The notes beneath the pieces were generated by a model. It was given only the letters and a program-made list of their open reading frames with translations. It had not been told where the DNA came from and did not search any database. Made by a program: the position numbers and the translations under genes. A stretch of DNA of 64,000 nt from an uncultured Ignavibacteria bacterium (lineage in GTDB: Bacteria > Zixibacteria > MSB-5A5 > SM1-73), in contig CAZPOP010000001.1 in the NCBI GenBank assembly GCA_964588305.1, positions 56,736 to 120,735 on the forward strand, given 5' to 3'. Shown one piece after another: positions 48,443 through 57,955 of this stretch; the first letter of the stretch is position 1; each line of letters begins with the position of its first letter.

Positions 48443-50572
48443 CTATTTCAAAAGCAGCATTTTCTTCGTCTCCGAGACCACCGTTTCATTTCTTTCCACG
48501 GTAAGCTTATAGAAGTAGATGCCGCTTGCGACACGCTCTCCGGCGTTCCCCTTTCCATCCCACGTAATCGTATAAGCACTTGAGGGCTGGAATCCATGTA
48601 CAAGTGTCCTGATTTCCTGACCCAACAGGTTATATATCTTGAGCGTAACCTGGCTGCGCTTGCTTAGCGCGTACTCGATAGTCGTCTGAGGATTGAACGG
48701 ATTGGGAAAATTCTGCGCCAGATCGAAATCTTTGGGAGAGCCGACGAATTCGTCGTCATCCTCTTCTACCGACGTACAACCGCCGTTTGTGGTGTGCAGG
48801 ATTGTGCCATACTCGCCTACGGCCCAACCGGTGCTGGTATCCGTAAAACAGACGCTGTAAAGCCAATTCGAAGTTCCGGAGCTCTGCGCGTCCCAGTTGC
48901 TTCCACCATCAGTGGTGTGTATGATCGTGCCGGAGGCTCCTACCGCCCAACCCTTACCGACATCGATGAAACAGACGCTTTCGAGGTAGTTGAAAGTTCC
49001 AGAATCCTGAACGGCCCAGTTGCCTCCTCCATCGGCGGTGTGTAAGATTATACCGTCCCCACCCACTATCCACCCAGTGTCGGCATCGGTGAAGTAGACG
49101 CTATTGAGCCGCAGGGAAGTTCCAGAACTTTGAGGACTCCAGTTACCCCCAGCATTGATGGTGTGCAAGATTGTGCCGGAATCTCCTGAAACCCAGCCGA
49201 CATCGGCGTCTATGAAATACACGCAATAAAGCCACTGGGAAGTTCCGGAATTTTGGGCATCCCAACTGCTTCCCCCGTCGGTGGTCTGTAAGATTACGCC
49301 GGAATCTCCTACTGCCCAGCCAGTATCGCCGTCCGAGAAATATACACCGTAAAAATGATCTGAAGTTCCAGGAGTTTGAGCATCCCAGTGGCCACCTTGA
49401 TCGGTGGTGCGTAAGATCGTGCTGTCCAAACCTGCCGCCCAACCAGTGCTGTCGTCTGCAAAATGGATACTGAAAAGGTGACTAAAAGTTCCAGAGCTAT
49501 CGGCATGCCAGCTGCTGCCTTTATCGGTGGTGTGTAAGATCGTGCCAAAATCCCCTGCTGCCCAGCCAGCGCTGTCATCTGTGAAACAAACACTCCTCAG
49601 GTGATTTGGGGTCCCGGAAGTTTGACGATTCCAGTGGTCCCCTTCGTCTGCGGTCTTTAAGATGGTACCGCCGTATCCTACCGTCCAGCCCGTAGTGGCG
49701 TCCGCGAAATAGACGCCATTCAGACCACTTGACGCTCCGGAAGTCTGAGCATCCCAGTCGGCACCGCCGTTGGTGGTGTGCAAGATCGTACCGTACTCTC
49801 CTACTGCCCAGCCGGCATCGGCATCTACAAAATAGACGCCGAAAAGCGGCTGTAAAGTTTCGGAAGTCTGAGGACTCCAGTTGCCTCCGCTATTGGTGGT
49901 GTAAAGGATCGTGCCTGCCTCCCCTACTGCCCAGCCAGCACTGGCGTCCGCAAAATAGACGCCGTTAAGCCACTCCAGAATTCCAGAAGTCTGAGCATCC
50001 CAGTTGCTTCCCCCATTGGCGGTGTGTAGGATCGTCCCTGAATCTCCTACTGCCCAGCCGGTATCGGCATCCACAAAATAGACACCGTAAAACGATTGGT
50101 TAGTTTCCGATGTCTGAGGATTCCACTTGCTTCCACCGTTTGTGGTGTGCACGATTACGCCACTCTGTCCGACTGCCCAGCCGTTATCGGCATCCGTAAA
50201 ATAGACGCTCTTGAGGCGATTGGGAGTCTCGGAATCCTGAGGATCCCAATTGTCCCCACCGTCGGTGGTGTGCAGTATCGTGCCATGATCACCTACTATC
50301 CACCCGGTATCGGCATTCATGAAATGGACACCGAAAAGGTGACTTGACGTTCCGGAACTCTCAGGACTCCAGCTGCTTCCGCCGTCTGTGGTGTATAAGA
50401 TCGTCCCAACATCTCCTACCGCCCAGCCAGTATCGTCGTCTGTGAAAAAAACACTCCAAACGGTATTACCCTGAAGCAGAGGATTCTGCCAGTGCCAGCC
50501 TTGCTGGGCATAGCTCGTGGCTGCCACAAGCGTCAATCCCAAAATTATCAAGATTCTCTTGAACAAAACCAC
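48443..50572 (-). CDS. Secreted Ycf48/BNR-like repeat beta-propeller protein with T9SS C-terminal sorting domain
   Basis: Signal peptide. About 14 repeats of GTILHTTDGGxxWxxQxSGT...L..V.F.D...GWAVG. C-terminal FPNPFNPQTTIEY...LKIYNLLGQEI...GIYFYKL is the T9SS CTD. Confidence 0.75.
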   Translation of the reverse strand: MVLFKRILIILGLTLVAATSYAQQGWHWQNPLLQGNTVWSVFFTDDDTGWAVGDVGTILYTTDGGSSWSPESSGTSSHLFGVHFMNADTGWIVGDHGTILHTTDGGDNWDPQDSETPNRLKSVYFTDADNGWAVGQSGVIVHTTNGGSKWNPQTSETNQSFYGVYFVDADTGWAVGDSGTILHTANGGSNWDAQTSGILEWLNGVYFADASAGWAVGEAGTILYTTNSGGNWSPQTSETLQPLFGVYFVDADAGWAVGEYGTILHTTNGGADWDAQTSGASSGLNGVYFADATTGWTVGYGGTILKTADEGDHWNRQTSGTPNHLRSVCFTDDSAGWAAGDFGTILHTTDKGSSWHADSSGTFSHLFSIHFADDSTGWAAGLDSTILRTTDQGGHWDAQTPGTSDHFYGVYFSDGDTGWAVGDSGVILQTTDGGSSWDAQNSGTSQWLYCVYFIDADVGWVSGDSGTILHTINAGGNWSPQSSGTSLRLNSVYFTDADTGWIVGGDGIILHTADGGGNWAVQDSGTFNYLESVCFIDVGKGWAVGASGTIIHTTDGGSNWDAQSSGTSNWLYSVCFTDTSTGWAVGEYGTILHTTNGGCTSVEEDDDEFVGSPKDFDLAQNFPNPFNPQTTIEYALSKRSQVTLKIYNLLGQEIRTLVHGFQPSSAYTITWDGKGNAGERVASGIYFYKLTVERNETVVSETKKMLLLK
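49567..50572. repeat. About 1-kb near-identical direct repeat (copy 1) covering the N-terminal third of the first T9SS propeller gene
   Basis: Identical 83-aa antisense ORFs at 50096..50347 and 52504..52755 demonstrate at least 252 nt of perfect identity. Protein N-termini are near-identical for ~335 aa. Confidence 0.8.
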
Positions 50573-50604
50573 CTCCTGTCTGATTTCTTCCGTCTCACTT
50601 TTCC

Positions 50605-52971
50605 CTATTTCACCAGCAACATCTTCCTCGTTTCCGAGACCACGGTCTCATTTCTTTCCACGGTAAGCTTATAGAAGTAGATGCCGCTTGCCGCCCTCTC
50701 TCCGGATGTCCCCTTTCCGTCCCAGGTTATCTTGTGAGGACCTGAGGGTTGGAATCCATCTACAAGAGTCCTGATTTCCTGACCCAATAGGTTATATATC
50801 TTGAGAGTGACCTGGCTGTGTTTAGTTAGCGCATACTGGATGGTGGTCTGAGGATTAAATGGATTGGGGTAGTTCTGTGCCAAGCTTAGAGTCTTGGGCA
50901 AGTTGACGAATTCGCTTCCCTCTTCTTCTACAGCAGTTACACCTCCTGTTGTGGTGTGCAAGATTGTGCCAAAGTTACCTACTGCCCAGCCTGTGTTGGC
51001 ATCGACAAAAAAGATACTATTGAGCGCATTTGAAGTGCCGGAATTCTGTTCGCTCCAACTGCTTCCCCCATCGGTGGTGTGCATAATTATGCCAGACTCA
51101 CCTACTATCCAGCCGGTATCAGCGTCTATGAAATAGACGCCATAATGGTGACTGGAGGTTCCAGAAGTTTGAGGATTCCAATTGCTTCCACCATTGGCGG
51201 TGTGTAAGATTGTGCCACTATTTCCCACTGCCCAGCCAATGTTCGCATCCACAAAACAGACAGCGGAGAGGTCCCTCGGAGTTGGGGGAGCTTGAGCATT
51301 CCAGTGATCTCCGCCATCGGTGGTGTGTAAGATTGTGCTATCATATCCTACCACCCAACCTGTATTGGCATCTGTGAAATAGACACTTGGAAGGTAATTT
51401 GAAGTTCCAGAAACTTGAGCAATCCAGTTGCTTCCACCATTGGTGGTGTGCAAGATCGTGCCCTTATTTCCCACTGTCCAACCAGTGCTGTCATTTGCAA
51501 AAAAGACACTGACAAGATGATTTGAGGTTCCCGGAGTTTGGGGATTCCAGTTTTCGCCTCCATCCATGGTGTGTAAGATTGTGCTATCCCGTCCTACTGC
51601 CCAGCCCAGATTCTCATCTGTAAAACAAACGCCTAAAAGGTTCTTTGAAGTGTGAGATGTCTGATCAGTCCAGGTGTCTCCACCATCACTGGTGTGTAAG
51701 ATGGTGCCAGCATCTCCTGCTGCCCAGCCAGTATTGTCATCTATAAAATGGAGTCCATAAAGCTTTTCTAAAGTTCCGAAAGTCTGATGGTTCCAGTAGC
51801 TTCCGCCGTCAGTAGTGTAAAAGATTGAACCAGCACTTCCCACTGCCCAGCCAACCCTGGCATTAATAAAATAAACACCACTAGCGCAAGCTGAAGTCCA
51901 GGGAGTTTGAGCATTCCAGTTGGTTCCGCCATCTGTGGTGTGTAAGATCGTGCCGAAATCCCCTGCTGCCCAGCCAGCACTGTCATCTGTGAAACAAACA
52001 CTCCTCAGGTGATTTGGGGTCCCGGAGGTTTGACGATTCCAGTGGTCCCCTTCGTCTGCGGTCTTTAAAATCGTACCGCCGTATCCTACCGTCCAGCCCG
52101 TAGTGGCGTCCGCGAAATAGACGCCATTCAGACCACTTGAAGCTCCAGAAGTCTGAGCCTCCCAGTCGGTACCGCCGTTGGTGGTGTGTAAGATCGTTCC
52201 GTACTCCCCTACTGCCCACCCGGCATCGGCATCCGTAAAATAGACTCCGAAAAGCGGCTGCAAAGTTTCGGAAGTCTGAGGACTCCAGTTGTCTCCGCCA
52301 TTGGTGGTGTAAAGGATTGTGCCTGCCTCCCCTACTGCCCAGCCAGTACCGGCGTCGGCAAAATAGACACCGTTCAGCCACTCCAGAATTTCAGAACTCT
52401 GAGCAGTCCAGTTGTTTCCCCCATTGGCGGTGTGTAGGATCGTCCCTGAATCTCCTACTGCCCAGCCGCTATCGGCATCCACAAAATAGACACCGTAAAA
52501 CGATTGGTTAGTTTCCGATGTCTGAGGATTCCACTTGCTTCCACCGTTTGTGGTGTGCACGATTACGCCACTCTGTCCGACTGCCCAGCCGTTATCGGCA
52601 TCCGTAAAATAGACGCTCTTGAGGCGATTGGGAGTCTCGGAATCCTGAGGATCCCAATTGTCCCCACCGTCGGTGGTGTGCAGTATCGTGCCATGATCAC
52701 CTACTATCCACCCGGTATCGGCATTCATGAAATGGACACCGAAAAGGTGACTTGACGTTCCGGAACTCTCAGGACTCCAGCTGCTTCCGCCGTCTGTGGT
52801 GTATAAGATCGTCCCAACATCTCCTACCGCCCAGCCAGTATCGTCGTCTGTGAAAAAAACACTCCAAACGGTATTACCCTGAAGCAGAGGATTCTGCCAG
52901 TGCCAGCCTTGCTGGGCATAGCTTGTGGATGCTAAGAGTATTAGTCCTAAAACGATAAGGGTTCTCCTCAA
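50605..52971 (-). CDS. Secreted Ycf48/BNR-like repeat beta-propeller protein with T9SS C-terminal sorting domain (tandem paralog)
   Basis: Same architecture at 788 aa. The N-terminal ~335 aa is nearly identical to the downstream paralog. Confidence 0.75.
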   Translation of the reverse strand: MRRTLIVLGLILLASTSYAQQGWHWQNPLLQGNTVWSVFFTDDDTGWAVGDVGTILYTTDGGSSWSPESSGTSSHLFGVHFMNADTGWIVGDHGTILHTTDGGDNWDPQDSETPNRLKSVYFTDADNGWAVGQSGVIVHTTNGGSKWNPQTSETNQSFYGVYFVDADSGWAVGDSGTILHTANGGNNWTAQSSEILEWLNGVYFADAGTGWAVGEAGTILYTTNGGDNWSPQTSETLQPLFGVYFTDADAGWAVGEYGTILHTTNGGTDWEAQTSGASSGLNGVYFADATTGWTVGYGGTILKTADEGDHWNRQTSGTPNHLRSVCFTDDSAGWAAGDFGTILHTTDGGTNWNAQTPWTSACASGVYFINARVGWAVGSAGSIFYTTDGGSYWNHQTFGTLEKLYGLHFIDDNTGWAAGDAGTILHTSDGGDTWTDQTSHTSKNLLGVCFTDENLGWAVGRDSTILHTMDGGENWNPQTPGTSNHLVSVFFANDSTGWTVGNKGTILHTTNGGSNWIAQVSGTSNYLPSVYFTDANTGWVVGYDSTILHTTDGGDHWNAQAPPTPRDLSAVCFVDANIGWAVGNSGTILHTANGGSNWNPQTSGTSSHHYGVYFIDADTGWIVGESGIIMHTTDGGSSWSEQNSGTSNALNSIFFVDANTGWAVGNFGTILHTTTGGVTAVEEEGSEFVNLPKTLSLAQNYPNPFNPQTTIQYALTKHSQVTLKIYNLLGQEIRTLVDGFQPSGPHKITWDGKGTSGERAASGIYFYKLTVERNETVVSETRKMLLVK
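51966..52971. repeat. About 1-kb near-identical direct repeat (copy 2)
   Basis: See copy 1. Boundaries are approximate, +/- 30 nt. Confidence 0.8.
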
Positions 52972-53313
52972 CGTAATTACCTCCTTTTCAAATTTTGGCG
53001 GGCACGTTTACCTTGCCTAATGCTATATAGCAAATTTCAATTCCGAAATCAAGATTTTTCATTGAAAGCTCTGAAAGAGTCGAATTGGGTTTCGTTCGTC
53101 ACTAACCCCCTCGTCCGTGACGCCTTATGGTAACGGGCAAGGCGAGCTTGTGGAATTGCTTTCCCTCCCTCGATGGGAGGGATTAAGGGAGGGTGAAAAA
53201 TCATGATTCAGCAACATGTTCACCCCCACCTTTATCCTCCCCCGTCAAGGGGGAGGAACTGTTCAACAGACTCAAGGTGTCCGTTACCAACGACAGAACA
53301 AAAACTTGGCCTG

Positions 53314-53331
53314 GTTCGCCTAAAGGCGAAC
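53314..53331. repeat. Hairpin GTTCGCCtaaaGGCGAAC followed by ACTGC
   Basis: Same element as 21564 with a compensatory A:T to G:C change. Lies between the T9SS gene and purH. Confidence 0.4.
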
Positions 53332-53377
53332 ACTGCAGATTCTCTCCAGATTCTTCTGCCAAGTTTCTCAGGACTTC

Positions 53378-54973
53378 TCACCCATGTCTGAAATGCCTTA
53401 TTCCCGTAAAGACCATGGCGATCTTGTGTTCGTTGGCCGCCTTGATTACCTCCGGATCGCCCTTGGAACCTCCTGGCTGAATTATCGCCACCACCCCGGC
53501 CTGGGCAGCAGCATCCACCCCATCTCTCATGGGAAAGAAGGCGTCGGATGCCAGAACTGAGCCTTTGGCCTTCTCGCCGGCCTTTCTTGCGGCAATTATG
53601 GAGGAATCAACCCGGCTCATTTGACCGGCGCCGATGCCTACCGTCCTCTCACCCTGGGCCAGGAGTATGGCATTGGATTTAACGTGTTTCACCATCCTCC
53701 AGGCGAAGAGAAGTGATTTGATCTGCTCCGCTGTCGGAGAAAGGTCGGTCACCACCTTCAGATCGTTCTCTTTTATCTGATGGTCGTCGGGGCTCTGAAC
53801 CAGAGCTCCTCCTCTGATAATCCTAACCTCGTTTAGCTTGCCATTCTTCGATTCCAACAATTCGGGACACGCAAGAAACCTGCGGTTCTTCTTCTTCTTC
53901 AAAAGCTCAAGCGCCTCCGGTTCGTATCCGGGTGCAAGCACGCATTCTACAAAGAAGGTTTCATGTATCTTCTTGGCGGCTTCCATATCAACCACTCCAT
54001 TTAGACCTATTATGCATCCAAAGGCGGAGACCGGATCGCAAGCCAAGGCATCTTCGTAAGCTTGGGCCAGATTGTCGGCACAGGCAGCGCCACATGGGTT
54101 CGTGTGTTTCAACACTACTGCAAAATGCCTTTCCGAAAAATCCCTTAACATGGCTAATGCCGCTTCCAGATCGTTGATGTTGTTATAGGAAAGCTCCTTG
54201 CCGGATAGGATCTGGCAGCGGGGAATGCTTGCTCCCTTGAAGATAGTGTCTCTGTAAAACGAAGCCCTCTGATGGGGATTTTCCCCGTATCTTAGGCTCT
54301 GGATCTTTTCGAAACTCAGGTTCAGGTAATCGGGGAATTGGTTTTCCTCTTGGAAAGAAAGCTGACTGAAGTAATTGGAAATCATGGTGTCGTAATGGGC
54401 GGTGTACTCAAACACCTCTCGGGCCAAATCCTGACGCGTGGCCAGGCAAAACGAGCCATCGTTTTCCTCAAGCTCTTTTATGATCTGGTCATACTTTTTT
54501 GGATTCACCACCACCGCCACCGATTCGAAATTCTTGGCTGCAGCCCTGATCATGCTCGGCCCGCCTATGTCGATGTTCTCGATTGCCTCCTCCTGGGTGA
54601 CATCAGCCTTCTTCACCGTCTCCTCAAAGGGATACAGGTTAACCACAACCAAATCGATACATTTGATGTCCTGTTCGCCCATCTCCTTTTTGTGGTGTTC
54701 GTCTTGCCTTCTGGCCAGGATCCCCCCGAAGACCTTGGGATGCAAGGTCTTCACCCTTCCGCCCAGGATTTCGGGAAAACCGGTGAAGGACGAGATGGAG
54801 ATCGATTTTATGCCTGCCTTCTTCAACTCGGCCTGGGTCCCTCCGGTGGAGACGATTTCCACTCCAAGTTTTGATAGAATCGTGGCAAGGTCAACTATAC
54901 CTCTTTTGTCCGACACGCTTAGCAAGGCCCTTTTTATCTTCACCCGTCCCGAATCATTTTCTTCTTTTGTCAT
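53378..54973 (-). CDS. purH: Bifunctional AICAR transformylase / IMP cyclohydrolase
   Basis: KRALLSVSDK MGS-like N-domain plus AICARFT domain. ATG 54973 is preferred to the ORF start at 55036. Confidence 0.9.
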   Translation of the reverse strand: MTKEENDSGRVKIKRALLSVSDKRGIVDLATILSKLGVEIVSTGGTQAELKKAGIKSISISSFTGFPEILGGRVKTLHPKVFGGILARRQDEHHKKEMGEQDIKCIDLVVVNLYPFEETVKKADVTQEEAIENIDIGGPSMIRAAAKNFESVAVVVNPKKYDQIIKELEENDGSFCLATRQDLAREVFEYTAHYDTMISNYFSQLSFQEENQFPDYLNLSFEKIQSLRYGENPHQRASFYRDTIFKGASIPRCQILSGKELSYNNINDLEAALAMLRDFSERHFAVVLKHTNPCGAACADNLAQAYEDALACDPVSAFGCIIGLNGVVDMEAAKKIHETFFVECVLAPGYEPEALELLKKKKNRRFLACPELLESKNGKLNEVRIIRGGALVQSPDDHQIKENDLKVVTDLSPTAEQIKSLLFAWRMVKHVKSNAILLAQGERTVGIGAGQMSRVDSSIIAARKAGEKAKGSVLASDAFFPMRDGVDAAAQAGVVAIIQPGGSKGDPEVIKAANEHKIAMVFTGIRHFRHG

Positions 54974-55151
54974 TTGTTGTCTCCTTTGGCTGAGAGTATC
55001 AATTAAAAATGCGGAATTCAAAACTCTAAATTGCAATTCAAAAATTCGGTCGAAATCTAAGTACAGGAAGAGTAATTTTAAATTTTGAGTTGAAGTTTTG
55101 CGTTTTTAGTTTTGATCTTTTAATTTTCACGGACCATTCACCAAGTGATTC

Positions 55152-56057
55152 TCATGCGACTAATCTCAGATAAGCCTGCTCGTATCTTTCTAGAGTTTTA
55201 AGTATCACCTCTTCGGGCAGTTCCGGGGCCGGAGGTTTTTTATTCCAACCTATGCTTTCCAAATAATCCCGGACAATCTGTTTATCAAAAGCTTCCTGTG
55301 GTTTCCCCACCTTGTAAATCTTCTTATCCCAGAATCTGGACGAGTCCGAGGAGAATATCTCGTCGATTAAGATTAACTTTTTATCTATCATCCCGAATTC
55401 AAATTTGGTATCCGCAATGATCATTCCTCTTTTTTCCGCATAATCCGCAGCCTTTTTGTACACCCGAATACTTTTGCTCCTTAATCTCAAGGCCACGTCT
55501 TCTCCGACCATTTTTATCACTTGTTCAAAGGTAAGGCTTTCATCATGCCCCTCTTCCGCTTTGGTGGTGGGCGTAAATATGGGATAAGGTAGTCTTTCTG
55601 ATTCTCTGAAATGAGTCGGGAGGTCTATTCCGAAGAGGTCTACCGATTTTGACTTACCTACATACAATCTTTTTTGCTTGTACTCCTTCCACAGAGATCC
55701 GGAGATGTATCCTCTCACCACACACTCGATGTCGATCCTCTTGGCCTTCTTGACCAGCATGGATCTCCCTTCGAGAACGTTTCGGTATTTCTGAAGATCT
55801 TCAGGATACTGATCAACATCAGAGGTGATCAGATGATTTCCAACCACGCCCTTGACCAGATCAAACCAGAACAAGGACATCTGGGTCAAGACTTTGCCTT
55901 TTCCGGGAATGCCGGTGGGAAGAACCACGTCGAAAGCGGATATTCTGTCGGTTGCCAGGATTAGAAGCTTATCACCCAGATCGTAAACGTCCCTGACCTT
56001 TCCCTTGGCGAAGAGTTTGTATTCTTTGATATCAGTTTCCATCAACGGTTGTTCCAT
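55152..56057 (-). CDS. purC: Phosphoribosylaminoimidazole-succinocarboxamide synthase
   Basis: GKVRDVYD...LILATDRISAFD SAICAR synthetase motifs. Confidence 0.9.
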   Translation of the reverse strand: MEQPLMETDIKEYKLFAKGKVRDVYDLGDKLLILATDRISAFDVVLPTGIPGKGKVLTQMSLFWFDLVKGVVGNHLITSDVDQYPEDLQKYRNVLEGRSMLVKKAKRIDIECVVRGYISGSLWKEYKQKRLYVGKSKSVDLFGIDLPTHFRESERLPYPIFTPTTKAEEGHDESLTFEQVIKMVGEDVALRLRSKSIRVYKKAADYAEKRGMIIADTKFEFGMIDKKLILIDEIFSSDSSRFWDKKIYKVGKPQEAFDKQIVRDYLESIGWNKKPPAPELPEEVILKTLERYEQAYLRLVA

Positions 56058-56083
56058 TTAACCTCCGAATTTGTAGTGAGTTT

Positions 56084-56109
56084 GTCAAGCAGGCTTCGCC
56101 ATGCTTGAC
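56084..56109. repeat. Hairpin element GTCAAGCAggcttcgccaTGCTTGAC
   Basis: 8-bp stem in the purC-purN intergenic region. Confidence 0.6.
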
Positions 56110-56200
56110 CTACAAGCTGCTCTTCTGGAGTGTAAAGCTTCAGCTTTACCATTGGCAAACCTGAAGGTCAACTTTGATCTTGAGATTTGCACTCCAGGTT

Positions 56201-56827
56201 TTAGTCTCTGATATATGCTTTCTTATCCTTTATCTCGACTTTACCTTCCGCAAAAAGCCGAATGGCTTTGGAATAAAGCTCGTGCTCGTGCGGCAATACC
56301 CTCTGCTGCAAAATCTCCGGAGTGTCCTCAGCCAGAACCGGCACGCATTTCTGCACGATGATGGCACCATGGTCATAGATTTCATCCACCAGGTGGACGG
56401 TCACGCCGGTGACCTTCACTCCCGAATCGATCACCGCCTCGTGCACGTGGATGCCATACATACCCGATCCGCCAAAGCTGGGAAGAAGCGCCGGATGAAT
56501 GTTCAGTATCTTATTCTTATATGCCCTGACCACATTGGGCGAAAGCATTTTCATGTATCCGGCCAAAATGATCAGATCGGTTTCATTCTCTTTCAGGATG
56601 GAAAGGAGCTTTTGATCGAACTCTTCCGGCGTGGCAAATTGCTTGTGGCTTAGGTGAATTGCCGGAATGTTATGGTTTCTGGCACGCTCCAGGGCACCCG
56701 ATTTGCTGTTGTTGCTTATCACCGCTTTGATCTGTGCATTCAGAATTCCTTTTTCGATATTGTCGATTATGGCTTGCAGGTTAGTTCCACCACCTGAAGC
56801 CAAAGCCACCAAATTCAACTTTTTCAT
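56201..56827 (-). CDS. purN: Phosphoribosylglycinamide formyltransferase
   Basis: LASGGGTNLQAII...NIHPALLP formyl-transferase motifs. Confidence 0.85.
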   Translation of the reverse strand: MKKLNLVALASGGGTNLQAIIDNIEKGILNAQIKAVISNNSKSGALERARNHNIPAIHLSHKQFATPEEFDQKLLSILKENETDLIILAGYMKMLSPNVVRAYKNKILNIHPALLPSFGGSGMYGIHVHEAVIDSGVKVTGVTVHLVDEIYDHGAIIVQKCVPVLAEDTPEILQQRVLPHEHELYSKAIRLFAEGKVEIKDKKAYIRD

Positions 56828-56857
56828 ATCGAAAAATCTCCTCTATTACTTTCATCT

Positions 56858-56908
56858 GTAGCGGAGGTCTTCAGACCTCCATTGTGGAAAGCTGAAGCTT
56901 TCCGCTAC
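56858..56908. repeat. Composite structured element: outer stem GTAGCGGA/TCCGCTAC enclosing two hairpins
   Basis: Inner hairpins are GGAGGTCttcaGACCTCC and GGAAAGCtgaaGCTTTCC. Lies between purN and the MNT gene. Confidence 0.55.
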
Positions 56909-57028
56909 ATTTGCCGTTCTGCGTGTATCTGAGGTGGCCAGAAGGCGAGTTGGGCAAAGTATCATAATGATGAAGTCAGATACACTCTCTTGGGTGATGG
57001 ACGATTTTTCACGCCTCCTTTTTTTCTT

Positions 57029-57343
57029 TCATGCTGGCATTCCTTCCCTTCGCACATTCATAAGCAATGGACTGTTAACTGTGGAGTAGTCTTCCTCAGA
57101 CACGGGGTAAACCGATATAAGCGCACCGTATTTTAGGTTTATATCTGTGATTATATCTATCATCCTGTCTATCTCTCTCCCGGGAATAACTTTTCCTTCC
57201 AGAATGATAAGCAGGTCTATATCTGATTCTTCTTTTGCCTCACCTCTTGCCCAGGAGCCATAAAGGATAACATTCCTTAATCTGTTGCCATATAATTCAT
57301 TGATTTCTTCTTTGAATTCCTTAAGTATTCCTTTTATTCTCAT
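57029..57343 (-). CDS. Nucleotidyltransferase-domain protein (minimal nucleotidyltransferase, MNT-type)
   Basis: GSWARGEAKEESDIDLLI is the GS-x9-13-DxD pol-beta-type NTase motif. 104 aa. Confidence 0.75.
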   Translation of the reverse strand: MRIKGILKEFKEEINELYGNRLRNVILYGSWARGEAKEESDIDLLIILEGKVIPGREIDRMIDIITDINLKYGALISVYPVSEEDYSTVNSPLLMNVRREGMPA

Positions 57344-57638
57344 GGCACTGCCGTCTTTCTGTAATTTAATTATTATGCGACCAATATATTTCTTCTGTTT
57401 GAAGTTCGGCTAGTGTTCTGCGTGCTTGTGAGGTGCCGAAGGCATTTGGGCCAATGCACGAAGCGCCACAGCTGGTTGAACGGTGTTAGCCACTTTTGGC
57501 TTTCTTGTATCACTACTTGATGAACTCAAACCTTTTCCCCCTTTATTTGCGTAGTCCGACCATATTGCTATTGCGAGCCGTTGCTGAGCCAACGCTAGGC
57601 ACGACTGAGCCTAACAGATTCGTGACTTCGGCATAAAA

Positions 57639-57854
57639 TTACACACCGTAATCTTGCTTAAATTGCAGCCATATAGCATTGGCTGTGAGTAGCTCTGCAT
57701 CGCTTTTAGCTATTTTGGCGATTTGCTGAATAATCTTGAGTTTTCTTTTGGCATAGGCTTTTTCGCTTATACCACGAGTCCAGACAGCACGGTGGAGATT
57801 GTCAAGCTCATCCATCAATTGCTTAAATGTCTTCTTCTTCCGAGATAAACCCAT
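57639..57854 (-). CDS. Small hypothetical protein (71 aa)
   Basis: Strong RBS GGAGG is 7 nt upstream of ATG 57854. Lys-rich helical sequence. The ORF track extends to 57911 via an alternative start. Confidence 0.35.
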   Translation of the reverse strand: MGLSRKKKTFKQLMDELDNLHRAVWTRGISEKAYAKRKLKIIQQIAKIAKSDAELLTANAIWLQFKQDYGV

Positions 57855-57955
57855 GATTAACCTCCTTTCAAGAATGTGGATGTTGTGGTGGTGCTTCAGT
57901 CCAAAGTTCAAAAAGTCTTAGCTTTTTTCGCTTCCTATAAGGGTACATTTTCAAG

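Noticed and set aside
56828-57638. HEPN toxin partner for the MNT nucleotidyltransferase
   Set aside because: No ORF of suitable size on either side. The 60-aa ORF 57410..57592 is Ala/Ser-rich noise without an Rx4-6H motif.
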